Below the pieces are notes generated by a model, which worked only from the letters and a program-made list of their open reading frames with translations, was not told the DNA's origin and made no database searches. This document shows positions 1-12,698 of a stretch of 64,000 nucleotides of DNA, piece by piece. Origin of the DNA: Camelus dromedarius (lineage: Eukaryota); assembly GCF_036321535.1 (NCBI RefSeq), contig NC_087437.1, forward strand, positions 78,432,001 through 78,496,000, written 5' to 3'. Made by a program: the position numbers and the translations under genes. Within the stretch, counting starts at the first letter, position 1. The number at the start of each line of letters is the position of its first letter.

Positions 1-3000
1 TAGTGACTTTTGGATATTCTAAGGACAGCTTTCTGTTTCTCTTCTGCAAAGAACAAGTGCATAGTGGTTTGATAAAAATAAAAGAAGACTAATGATGATT
101 ACTATTATGGCTCTCAATGGGTTTCATTCAGTATTTCAGCATATTTGGTTTATGCATTTTAGAATGGAGAACATTTAGTGGAAATAATCTGTGTGTTTCT
201 ATTTATGTTTTCCATGTTTATTGCTGTGTATTAAACCTAAGGAGATCTTTAAAGCCACAAACATTTCTATGATTTACATTACATCTGAGAAAGAGAAATT
301 AAATTATTTTCACAAAGTGAAAAGCCTTAAATTCTATACTTTTCCTATTTGCTCTATTTATTATGTCCATGTTTATCTTTACAAGTTGATTTGAACTATT
401 TCCACCAAAAGTGTGTAAACACTCAATTTATATCTTAACTACTTAGAAAGGTACAAAGGTTAAATATAAGAGCTCTGCATTTTTAGTGCTTTTACTTTTG
501 ATCAACAATGGCCTTATATAAACCATGTGTTTCCTATGATTTTCTGATGTTTCCTACTTTAATGCAGATAAACATTAGCCTCTTTATTAAGGGAAAGCAT
601 GAACTTCTCAGGAATTACTGAAAAAGATATTTAAGCTTAAAAGAGAATAATAGATACCATAAAGAATTTAATATGATACATTTAGACAGGAAGGATGATT
701 TTCTATTTTGTATATAAAGGATATATGAGGGTATAATCAAGCAGGAATATCAAGCAGGGAATAAAAAAATAAGGTATGTCTCATCTTTTAAAAATATGTA
801 AAAATATATTGATAATGCCTGTGTGTGTATTTACTGACTAGGTAAAGCCTGAACATTATTGATGTAGAAAGTTGCATAATACCATGAAAAAAACCAGGAA
901 CATAGTTATGTTTCTACTATCAGACTAAAGGTAATGCTTGTTTAAACATTTATTTTTTTACCTGCATCAATTTATAAACTTGTTTAGGTCCTTATCCTTA
1001 AAATATTGATATTATTTATTATTATCTAAACTTTACTTTCTATTCTTTGACAACTTTCCAAACACTGTTCCAAAGAATAGGTTATTTCATTGGGTGGATT
1101 TCCCCCATTTTTTTTCCTGCTTAACTCTTAACTAGTGACTCATTGCAGAAAGTTACTCAATTTTTTTTCTTTTTTCCCCAACATGATAAGAAGGAATAAA
1201 CTTTTCTGAGCTCTGGTAAGTTATCACAAGAAAAGGAGCCTATTCCTTCCATTCTCCTATAATTCTTGATATCAATTGCGGCTTTTCTTCTTAATTTTAA
1301 TTGTTAATTCATATTTATCAAAAAAGAAATACATAATAACAAGGAGCACAAAGCAGGCAATCTCTGCAGCTATCCCTTTAGTTTCATATCAATTTATAAT
1401 TATTACAAGGGAAATAGATAAACTACAGATATATAAACAAGCAGAAAACAAAGAGCTAATGATCACCTATCTAGAGAATGCCACTGTTGATATTTTAATG
1501 TTTGCCTACCAGTAGACCTTTTGGGTTTCTAATAATACACACACACACACTATACACAAAGAACATACATTTCTTATGTTACAAGCTAAAGAAGACAGCA
1601 ACTCTAGCTTTCATTATTTTTCCATGTCAGGGATTCATTTCTGTCTTGAGTTTTCCACTTATTCTTGGAAATAATTCGATTCTGGCCCATGTTACTCTAG
1701 GACCCTAAAAAATGTGAAAGAGTCTTTTGACCTAATTATGTAGGCACCCTATGCCACTATGTCTACCATACTCCTTGAACTAGATTGTGGAGTACTCTTT
1801 TTAGGGAAGGCTATTCTCGATACTGTTATTCCATAGACTTCCCCAAGGAAGCAAGATGCACATCCTATCTTTGCTTAGATATTCAAACATATCTACCTGT
1901 TGTACAGTCTCTCCAGCAGTGATTGATGTCTGTGGAGGGTTGGGGCTGTGGAACGGGGACAGAGGGCAAGGACTCTCAGTTTATTCTTTTTCCTCTCCCA
2001 CACTCAGATTTTCAAAAACTCTTGATGTGGTAGCATATACTACCACTTCATTTAGGCTCTACGGTTTACTTTGCAACGTTTTAAGGCTTAAGAGTTTAAA
2101 TTTTAAAAAAAAATTCAAGTTTTCGCAGCACAATTTTTAATCTCAACAATAACTAATAAAAGTCAAAGATGACCTATAATGTAAATGTCCTGAATTAGCT
2201 TTTCTCACACTGGCACTTCATATCTTTATCATCCTTTCTCTGCAAGATCTCATCATCAACTTCTAGTTTCGTTGCTGGTAGGGAAAAGGTGTGGGGTTGA
2301 ATTAGATAGTGAAGAACATCACTTTAAAAAGTATTTCAAAATATTATCCTTGTATTTAGTCTTTATATATTTTAAATATTTTAATTTGAGGATGACCATC
2401 TGCACAGGGCCTTTTGTAACATGTTTTTATGACTTAAATATGTATTTTGAGCATCTCTCTTACATACTTTTAAATAGTTACCTAGATATCAAATATGTGC
2501 AGATTATAAACATATGTATATAATTTTGATCATTTGAAATTAGGCTTCTACAACTATCCAATTCTACTGAGGTACTTTAATACCAACTAGCTTTAAATAA
2601 ATTTTGTGTCTTTTATTTAGGTAATCCTCTATAAAAATTTTAAGAATGTACTAGAAAATGTTGTGTGTGTTCTCTCTAATAATTGTCATATTTCACTCTT
2701 ATGAGGCCAGCATTTAAAAAAATAAAAGGTCACTGGAACATTCTGAATTTGTGTGCTTTACATGTAAACCTATTGACTAAAATAAAATTTGTTGTTTATT
2801 AAAAAAAAGAGAAAAAATTCATTTGAAGATACATGAGTAAGATAGTGTCACCATAGTGTCACAGTTCACAATAATACTAAAATATATTCCCGTTCATTTA
2901 TACAACATTAAATTTTGCTATGCTGCTGGATGTTTGAAAAATGCATGATATATGACAGTCCTCAAATATAATTACTGTATAGAAAGCCCTCAAATTTAAA

Positions 3001-3349
3001 GCATAATGAAAATGTTTATGGTAATGTATAGCTTATTCTGTAGGCAACAGGTTAATCTGTACTTTCCTTTATTTTTAGGTGTGTAATATTTGCTGCAGTT
3101 TAAATTTTTTCTTAATTGAAAACCAGAATATTTATTTTTGGTGATTCTATTTGAGCTTATTCTAAGTATTAATTTTGATTGTAATCATTTGATCCATCTC
3201 CTGAAAGATTATATGTTCTTCAGGATAGCAGAAACTGGCAATGAGGTTTTACTGTTTGTTTTTTTTTTTTTTTTTTGAAAATTTCTTTAAAGTTCAATAT
3301 TAGTTTTCCAGAGGAATAAAAGTAAGCTACCTCCTCTTTTTCTCTCTCA

Positions 3350-3415
3350 TTTTTTTTTTTTACTGAAATATAGTTTATTTTCAATGTTGTATCAGTTTCT
3401 GGTGTACAGCATAGT
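3350..3415 (-). mobile_element. Very short 5'-truncated L1 3' end (cetartiodactyl-type) with poly(A) tail
   Basis: A poly(T) run is followed by ACTGAAATATAGTTTATTTTCAATGTTGTATCAGTTTCTGGTGTACAGCATAGT, the reverse complement of the L1 3' terminus also seen at 17285-17340. Confidence 0.8.
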
Positions 3416-4044
3416 AGGTCCCCCTACTCATGTGCCTCAAGGTCACTCTCCCTGTGAGAGGACAGCACTATACATTCTCCCCATGACATTTTTAGAATAA
3501 ATTTAAGAAAAAATTTTTTTGAATGAAAGATAATTTGGAATTAATCAGTGAGAACTGGAAAGGATGAAAAGGGATACTTGGGTAATGTATTTTTTAAAGG
3601 TAAGTGGGAAATGACAGTAAGTGGAAAAAAAAGAGAGATGATTTATTTGATGATCTTTTTGGGCTGGGTATTCTGTAAGTCTGATTTATGAATAAGGAAT
3701 AATAAATTCTAAATAATTAATGGTATAATGTACCAAGGTCTTTGATGTGTACGTGGGTGTATAAGTGTATGTGTGAATTCTAATTTGGTGTCTTGATTTT
3801 GGTCTGAACCTTTGTTAGGGTAGAAAACTATTATTTTCTAGCATTGCTAGGAACTCAATTCTGAAAAGAAGTACTCAGAGCCAAGACTTACCTTGGGTGT
3901 TCACCAGTGCTTGTGGGTGTACATCCTGTCAGAGCAGACTCCATCCTCTGCTGGACTGCATATTCAGCTTGGATTCCTGCATTTTCCATGGACTAAAAAT
4001 TCAGCTCTTTTATAGGAAGTTTCAGTATTTTTTTTCCTATGGAT

Positions 4045-4290
4045 TTTTTTTGTTTAAATATAGTCAATTAAAATGTGTCAATTTCTGGTGTACAGCACAA
4101 TGTTCTAGTCATGCATATACATACATATATTCATTTTCATATTTTTTATTAAGGGTTATTACAAGATATTGGACATAATTCCTTGTGCTATACAAAAGAA
4201 ACTTTTTTTTGAAAATCTATTGTTATATATATAGTGACTAACATTTGTAAATTTCAAAGTCCCAAATTTATCCCCTTCCACCCCCTTTCT
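4045..4290 (-). mobile_element. 5'-truncated L1 3' UTR (camelid/cetartiodactyl-type)
   Basis: T-rich start, then TTTCTGGTGTACAGCACAATG...TTATTACAAGATATTGGACATAATTCCTTGTGCTATACA...CCCAAATTTATCCCCTTCCACCCCC, an antisense L1 3' UTR including its G-rich tract. Confidence 0.85.
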
Positions 4291-4361
4291 TGGGTATTTC
4301 TTGAAGGTCAGAATTTGGCAGATATTTAGGCCAATAGCCAGCCTTCCTTTCTCTCTCTTTT

Positions 4362-4423
4362 TGTGTGTGTGTGTATGTGTGCGTATAATATATATATGTA
4401 TATATATTATACGCACACATACA
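4362..4423. repeat. (TG)n/(TA)n compound microsatellite containing a 52-bp palindrome
   Basis: Read directly. Arms 4372-4396 and 4399-4423 are exact reverse complements. Confidence 0.9.
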
Positions 4424-4548
4424 TATTTATTAATGTATAGTCTGTTTATAATGTATCAATTTCTAGTGTATAGCATAATGCTTTAGTCATGCATGAACAT
4501 ATATATATATATATATTTATATTCATTTCAGTCTTCCTTTCCCTTAAG
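4424..4548 (-). mobile_element. Short L1 3' end
   Basis: TATAGTCTGTTTATAATGTATCAATTTCTAGTGTATAGCATAATGCTTTAGTCATGCATGAACATATA is homologous to the start of the 4045-4290 copy. Confidence 0.8.
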
Positions 4549-6414
4549 TTTTAATTTTTTTCTGGTGACTATAGGAATAATGAGAATTTGCTAAGATTTG
4601 TAAGCAAGGCTACAATGTTTCTGATTATAGATGCCTAATTATGCCCTTGGACTTCTTGGAAGAGAATAAAATGAAGAAAATGGCTCTCTATAACTCAGTT
4701 AATACTATATACACCATTGGAAAAAGGAAAATTAGGGAGAATTATTATAGAGTAAGGATGTTATTAGATTAAGAAATATTTAGTTTACTGTATCTTATTT
4801 ATGATTATACATACACTGTCATCTTTTCTTATTTTAAGTGATATTCTTTTCCTTGAGATCTACATTATGTAACTGAAAATCTCACTTGCTACATTTGAGA
4901 TCTTAGAAACATGAATTGTTAAAGATTGAAATAACAAAAATGAAAATATCCTACACATCGTGAGGAAGATTCTGAATCATTTTCTGAATGTTCTTTTAGT
5001 ATAAATTTATCTGAAACAGAGTTCTTCACTAATCTCCTCCCAAGTTCTAAATTTGTCTTTTTCTGTATTATAAAACCTCTCTGCTTTCACTCTTCTAAAT
5101 AAAATAGCACCACTGTCAACTAAACATATACATTTACTCTTGCCTTTTAAAAAGATGCAATAGTTGAAGCCAAGAAAAAAGAAGACATGTCGTTTAATCA
5201 TGTAGATCAAAGAACAGGGGATAACTGAGGTCTTAGAACTAACTTTGTTACTTGGAGGCAGTCTGTTTCCTTTTCTTTGTTTTAATGTCTTAACCTGGAA
5301 AATGGAAATTATATGTACATTTCTTACCTTAAGGTATGTACAGGTGGGTACAAGTGCAAGTGTGTTTGAGAGTGTGTGTGTGCGTTTGTGAAGGCTTTTG
5401 CCAAATAATGCAAGTGAAATGCACATGAAGAGCAGTGTTTGTCTGCTAGCAGATGCTTACTCAATTCCAGACACAGTTATTAAGTAAGTTGCTCCTAGTT
5501 TTGAGAGTTCATTTGATTCACATAATGCTCTATGGCTTTATGTCACTATGTTATGAAGAAAGCATTATAAATAATTAAAATTAAACTACAATTATAAATG
5601 CAACTGAACAAAACTGTACATGAACACTGGTTTGCAGAATGCTTTCTCTGTTGATTTAATAATTTCCAGTAGGTTTCTTAGTTGTTATTGACAATCACCC
5701 TGGCTCCGATCTAGAAAGAACAAAACTTTTTTCCCTGAGAGGATCATCCCAGATATTCCTCTACTTCCCATCCCTGCTTTAAACGACTAGCTGCATTCTA
5801 CCTCCTAAACAAGTTTGCAGTCATCAGTGTATTTTCAGTGTATTCTTGGTATGCAGAAATAAATTTTGCACTTTCTAGCCATCACCTGGGAGCCATAGAC
5901 CACACTGTGTGATCTGGAATAGGCATTAATTTTTGCCTTAAATCTCCCTCTTTGGGAGGAATATACAAAGAATATTTGACACTTAGACAAAAAGTAGAAA
6001 CATATCTTGGGAAATGCTTTCTTCTAGAGTCAAGGCACATGTGTCCTATTTGGCAATCTTTATATACTTTTCCCTAGCAGATCAGTTTTTATCCTTTAAA
6101 GCTCTTTAGAATAACATATGGATACACATTATAATAGTGTAAAGTATTAGAAAGTTTTATTTTCTGTAGTTAAAAGATATCTGTGTTAACAAGTGACTTC
6201 TTGCTGTTGCAGATCATCTTAACTTCTCATTAGAATTGGCCAAAAGTGACAGATGCATAGCACCATTACATAGGCTAAAACAGACAGGATGGATTTTGGT
6301 CACTATGCCTTTCCTTACTGATAAATTCTTATGTATGCAGACATTGTACTTCTAGCTATGTAACTGCAATTTCCTTTCTCTGCTCATGAGACAGCCTAGC
6401 AAATTACACTATTT

Positions 6415-6625
6415 TATAGCGAAGTGGTTAAGAGTAGGATCTTGGACACATCTGAGTTCAAGACAGTATTCTACTACTTTGCAGGCCCATGACTTATTCT
6501 CCAAACGTCTCAGTTTCTTCAGGTTTAAAATGGAGGAAACAATGGTAAATTAAGAACTAAGTCAGATAGTACATTTGAATCATTTAGGATAGATTGGCAC
6601 ATAATAAGTATCAGCATAGATTGAC
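6415..6625 (+). mobile_element. MIR SINE
   Basis: GTGGTTAAGAG head, CTCAGTTTCTTCAGGTTTAAAATGG core and TGGCACATAATAAGT tail. Confidence 0.75.
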
Positions 6626-9600
6626 ACATACGTGTTCAATAACTACTATATTTTGGACTGATGATGATGATAATTATAATGATGAGACGTAAAAAAACAA
6701 ACAGAAGTCAACCAAAAGTAAAGGATTATAGTATTAAGGATCACAGATCCCTAGTCACGTGTCCCCTTGATACAGGTAGAAGGGGCAAATCATGATTAGT
6801 GCTCTATCAGTATCTATGTAGAAGGAAAAAAAAATGTTCTATTTTCCCTATCGCACTGATTTCTAAAATGAGGAAATGTGAGCAGTGTTTTATCATTGCC
6901 CACCTCACAGGTCAAAATTGGACCGTAAATAGAATGACTCCTCTCTTTCCATAAGGAAGACCTTATGTAACAGAGAGTCTCTTTTTGGCCCCACGGTCAC
7001 TTTGTGGGCCTGAACAAATGATTGTTATCTTTACTTCAGAGGCAAAGAAAATGATTTGTAGCAATGAACTTGGAGTGGAGCATTTTTTAGGGATTTTCTC
7101 TGATCTTTCCATTAGTTCAATGATGTTGAGAATTAAGTCATAAAGCATTACTGTTGCTGAAAAAGAAGTGAGTAAATGTGGTAGAATCTGTTTTCCTGTT
7201 GATCTTTCAAAGGCAATTTAATTAGCTGATCGTCAGCTCTCCGAAGCCAAAGCTAGATAATTGCGCTGGGGGCTGAATACATCGATTTCTTTGACAAATG
7301 TGCTTATTTAGAGAATTACTTTAATTCCTTTGTTCATTACAGGGACCCTGTAAGACCAGGCAATGCTGGGATTTCACGGAGATGCAAATAATTGTTCTGA
7401 CTTATTTTTATAAATCTGTCTTCAGTTTCATGACTCATTTTTTTGTCTTGTGTGTGCTAAAAGTATAGGGATCTTATGTGCATAAAATAATGAAAATAAA
7501 TCTAAGACATCTGTTGTCATTTGTGGCATAGAGAATTATTCTGACATGTTTTAGGGCAACGTGAGGATCTTATTATGATAGTTGATTTTATGGTCTTTAG
7601 GAGAAAGTAGTTCCAATAGCCTAACCAAAATCAAATTAAATAAACTTTGTTCTTGTTTCAGTGTCACTAATCACTGGAGTAAGAGAAAAAAACATACTAT
7701 TTTCCCTACCCTAAACAGGTGAATGTCAATACTTACGTATTTCTGTGTTTGATCAACATTACTGCATCATTTTCAGGCCAAAACACACACACACACACAC
7801 AAAACCAAACCCAAAAGGAGACAAAAAAGACAATTATAGAAATTTTAATATTGGATGCTTAGTAAGACGTCGTAATCCTTCAGTGGGAGGGAAAACAGAG
7901 ATCTGGATTATTATTCAATTATCAGTTTGCTGGAACAGCAATCAACAATAAACAACTATATCAGAACTGGCACAATTGAACAAACTACTTGTTCTTGGAT
8001 ATCTTAACATAAAATAATAGACTGGAGCAACAGCTAAAAAGAATTATTAGTTTCTAAATTAGACAAGTTTATTATAACTGAAACTCAAATCATAAATATA
8101 TCCTTTATATGAGGATATATGCTTTTATAATAATCTCTGTAAATCTAAATTATATTATAATACCTATATATGCTCACTGAAGATGGGGATGATTAGAATA
8201 GAAAAGTACAAAAACTTAATACACTGCTTTATAAAATAAATATTGTGAGTGCACTATGTGTAGGAATATTGCTTAATAACAGAAATATCAAGAAGACAAA
8301 GCTATGACACTGCTTTTAGGGTCTCATGCCTTGGTGAATTGAAAAGTAAGCAGATACAACACAACATGGAAATTTTGCTAGCATACATGTGAACCAAGTG
8401 ACATATGAGCCCAGGGAGGAAGCAAATCATTCTGCTTCTCAACCGTGCTGTATTCTTCTGGTGTTCTGGCTTGGCAGAATCTGAAACTCTGACTGTAGTA
8501 GTGATCAGTTGATCTAAATAATTCATTAGGTATCTGGTGTTTGTATTTTATGAGATAGATAAAATTTTATCTAAACAAAGAACATAGATTATTGTACTTC
8601 AAATCTCTGCTGCTTATATTTCATTGGCTCTGTAATTAATTAGGTAGAAAGTTAAGAAGGGTGCTTTCAAAATCCCTTCTTACCAATTCCGAAAAATATG
8701 AATAGATTCATGTATTTTAGGAAATGCAAATTGCTTCACAGGAGCATCTGAGTGTATGAGTAAGACACGCTGCATTAAGTACTCTGCCTTTATATATGTG
8801 CATATTTATCAACAAATCCTCCATGTCTGGTTAGTGGAGTTGTTTGAAACACCATACTAATAAGGTCAAAGTCATGAATGCGGGCTTCTCTCACTTTGTT
8901 CCTTGGCCACAAACAGAGTTTTCATCTCTGCTGGCCTTCTTGCAAGTATCTGCATCTGATCACAAGGAAAGCACTTTAAATAAATCAATGCAAATCCATC
9001 AGCCATGCTTACACCTGGCAATGAATAAGTCCCCCAGATAAACTTGTTTGCAAGCAAAATGGGATGAAAAGAATGTCCTACAAATGGTGAGTATAATTTT
9101 TTTTCAAAGTAGTTTGCAAACCGTTTGAGGAGCGGGTGTTTGTATTACACTCTCACGTCCCCTCCACCCACCAGCGTGGTATGATTTGCAGCTCCTTGTT
9201 GTTGCTGTTGGATGAATGACTGTAGTGCAATGCAAATATCTTTATTCCAAAATAAACTAAAATAAATAGTGATCATTTTAAAATCTACATTTTTGAGTAC
9301 ATAGATGTAAACTCAATTAAATTGTTTAAATATCAAAGAAGTGAATTTGAGGGGATATACTGCATTGAAAATTTAAAGAGCTCCAAAAAGAAAAGAGGAA
9401 GGAAACAATTGATTTTCCTTTAAGTATGGCTTGAACAAAATAGTCTTCACTAACATGAGCTTTTACATTGGCAGTGGGATTTGTAGGTTGTAAATACAGC
9501 AGTATAGGAATCTTGACTCACAAAATCCTATCTTTTTATTGAAGCCACATTGTACAGTTAAAAAGAAAAGCTTGATGGCTTATTTCATATTTGGTTTCTG

Positions 9601-9859
9601 TTTTTCTCTTTTTTGCAGTGCTCTTTAGTTAGGGTTTCTTGGTCCATATCTCTATTTTCCCATCTTTAAACCAAAGATAACAGTTTGTAAGCAATCTTTA
9701 AACAATGAAATATTATAATTCCAGTTTTATCCTCAGCCTTCTTTGTACTTTACAAACTATCACCTATCACCTAACTTCAAATTACCATTTTTTTAGTAGT
9801 TCCTCTCTCTCTAAATTTTTTCAAGACATCTTTGTCTATAAAATCAACAAAAAATCCTC

Positions 9860-10400
9860 CCTGACTACTGTCCCACTCATCTACCTATCACTCTGTCATT
9901 TTATAGCTTGATTTCTTGAAAAAGTAATTTAATTTCTTAATTCACATTTACACAAATTGAAAGCATCTCCTATTACTTCTTTAAAATGACTCTTGGTAAG
10001 ATCACCAACAATTTTCTATTTGACACAATTTATAGAAAAATATTGCTTCTTATCTGATCAAACACTGTTGAAAACATCTCATCTTTTGAAAGTCTTCCTG
10101 TTTCAATGAAGCCATTCTCTCTTTAATTCTTTACCGTTTGAATGTTCATCCTCCATCTTTCTCTGACCCCTAAATATTCCCTAGAACTCCACAGAACTGT
10201 ATTTCTTCACAACCCAAACCACCCTTCTTGCTTCCATTCTCATGGCTCCTAACCCTCAGGATAGGCTGGAAGCTATCTATTCCATATTTATCCTAGACTT
10301 GACTCCTAAACTCGTAAGAGTTTAAAAATTACCTACTGGACATCTCTACCTGAATCTCCCATGGGCAACAGAAATCAGTATGCCTAAAACTTTCTCCCTA
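9860..10400 (+). mobile_element. L2 LINE fragment
   Basis: L2-like segments such as CCTACTGGACATCTCTACCTGAATCTCCC...ATGCCTAAAACT and AAGATCACCAAC. Heavily decayed. Confidence 0.6.
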
Positions 10401-10519
10401 AAGACTGTTCCTATGTCTGAGTAAACTTACACAAGGGTTTCACATTGGAGGAATTCTCAAGAAGATACAATTAGCAGCAACTCCAACTCATATGTAAAAC
10501 GTATCTCTTACACTGAGGT

Positions 10520-10860
10520 TTTAATGAAAAACAATATGAAATAAATTATTCACCAATAAGAGTTGGTTAATTATTCATGGTACATAAATGTAATGGAATA
10601 TTATGCATCTAATAAAAATTCCAAGGTAGATACTATATCTCCTATATATAAAAACATGAAAAAGTATGTTATACAACATGTACATCCATATGACCTTTGT
10701 GAGAAAGAGAATGCACAAAGCATTTTTAAAGAGTTGAAACAAACCATTTAGAAAATTTCACTGTTAGGGATTATAAGAAATTTTATAGAAATCCTCAAAG
10801 TTTGATTTATGTTTTACAATGACTATTACTTTTATAAACAGAATAAATGAGGAAGTTGTT
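10520..10860 (+). mobile_element. Old L1 (L1ME-like) 3' fragment
   Basis: TTGGTTAATTATTCATGGTACATAAATGTAATGGAATATTATGCA resembles the L1 ORF2-end/3' UTR motif. Confidence 0.5.
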
Positions 10861-12199
10861 TCTGTTTTTAAAAAACAAAATTTCACAATCAATTTGCAAT
10901 TAATATTTTTAAACACTTTAAATAATTCTTAAATTTTAAATAAATATTATTATATAGAGAATATGAAAATGGAATTAGATAAAAGAATTTTTCATTCAAA
11001 ATATTAAGTGCCTACGCTTTGTTGGCACTGATAAAGCAAGAAGCTCATGGTAGGATGAAGGCAGTGGTTACTGGGAAACAAGACAGGATAGTCTGTGAAA
11101 ACTGGTTTAGCCCTGGGGACCTGATCTGACCCACTATAGAGAAGCTGTAAGCAGAAGTTTAAAGTGGCTATTTTGATAGGGGCAGTATCAGATACAAAGC
11201 ATATTAAGCATCACCTTGGGGCCTGGTTAAAAGGATACCACAGCACCAGGGAGAGGACTGTTTTCTCCAAATTGCTAATAAATAGTTTTGGTAACAAATG
11301 TTACCTGGACAGCTTGCCTAGTTGACAGCTGGAGGATACAGCAATTATACTGCTAACCATGTCTCTAAATTAAACTGCTAAATACATCCTATAGATGGGC
11401 TCACCTTCAAACAGTCTACTGGGAAAAGCAAGACACCCAAGAGGGAAGCTGGATTGTGGAAGGGTATGGCAAAGGCTGCATGCTGTTTCTGAGCAGCAAT
11501 GAGACACATCCCGTGACTTGAGAAAAAACATTTAAAGGAGAATTTGTAGGAATCCAAAACTCTAGCATGAGCAAGTATGAGCACTAGCCAGGAAATCCAC
11601 TTACGATTAATCCTTTAGAGCCACACAATGAGGAGGCTGAGCATTTGAATCGCATATAAGAGAAAGCAATGAGAATTTTTCCAGAGAGAAGTTTTCGGAA
11701 AAGATAAATCTTGAATTTTAGGGAGGGGGGGTCCCAGAACTTGACACATCTGCCTTAAGTGATAATAATTCTGAAAATGTTGACTAGTCTTTTGTTATTT
11801 TATTTCAGTTTTAGTTCTTAATGATGATTGATGTTCTAAATCTTTGATATGTGTTGCCTCAGCTGTTTTTAAGTTACATAAAAGAAAAAAAGGAAATTGA
11901 GAAGTATTGATGTTTTAAAATGTCTTTTTTCCTAAACAACTCTTAGTGTTAATGAATTATAGGCTTCCTTAATCAGTAAGTAAGGAGTCAATTCCTCGCT
12001 GTTGGAATGTGAATCAATACTTTCAAACATTGTGGGATGATGTCATAAATTACCACATGACATACTTCTAAATGACAAATTAGTTTACAAACATCACTCA
12101 TCATAATAATGTACTATTTTTAGGCCCTGATAAACACATACACTTGTCCAGAACATGGTACCAACCACTGACACAGATATATAGTGTCACCTCGTAAGA

Positions 12200-12698
12200 C
12201 TATGCTATGCAATATGGTAGTCACATGTGGCTATTGAGCACTTAAAATGTGGCTAGTCTGAATTTAGATGTGTTAGTATAACACATCTAATTTGGAACTT
12301 GAAAAGGCAGTCTCAAAAAAATCATAAATTAATTTTTTATAATGAACACTTGTTGAAATGATAACATTTTGGATAAACTGAGTTAAACAAAATACATTTT
12401 TAATTTACCTGTTACTTTTTATTGTAACTACTAGAATATTTAAAAATGCATTTCAATAGATAAACAAGATTATACTGTATAGCACAGGGAAATATACACA
12501 AGATCTTATGGTAGCTCACAGAGAAAAAAATGTGACAATGAATATATATATGTTCATGTATAACTGAAAAATTGTGCTCTACACTGGAATTTGACACAAC
12601 ATTGTAAAATGATTATAAATCAAAAAAAAACTTCAAAGCAAACAAACAAACGAAAAATGCATTTCTGGCTTGCATTATATTTCTAACAGACAGTATTG
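12200..12698. mobile_element. MER33 (hAT-Charlie non-autonomous DNA transposon), split by an L1 insertion
   Basis: Starts CTATGCTATGCAATATGGTAG..CACATGTGGCTATTGAGCACTTAAAATGTGGCTAGTC and ends TGGCTTGCATTATATTTCTAACAGACAGTATTG. Flanks TCGTAAGA/CTTTAAGA resemble a decayed 8-bp TSD. Confidence 0.8.
12455..12652 (+). mobile_element. Young 5'-truncated L1 3' end with perfect 13-bp TSD
   Basis: ATACTGTATAGCACAGGGAAATATACACAAGATC...ACATTGTAAAATGATTATAAATC plus an A-rich tail. TSD AAAAATGCATTTC lies at 12442-12454 and 12653-12665, at a TT/AAAA endonuclease site. Confidence 0.92.

Noticed and set aside
7320..7356. 7-nt microexon ttcattacag|GGACCCT|gtaaga
   Set aside because: It is not frame-preserving and the donor exon side (CCT) is weak. 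The region is better explained as enhancer-like.
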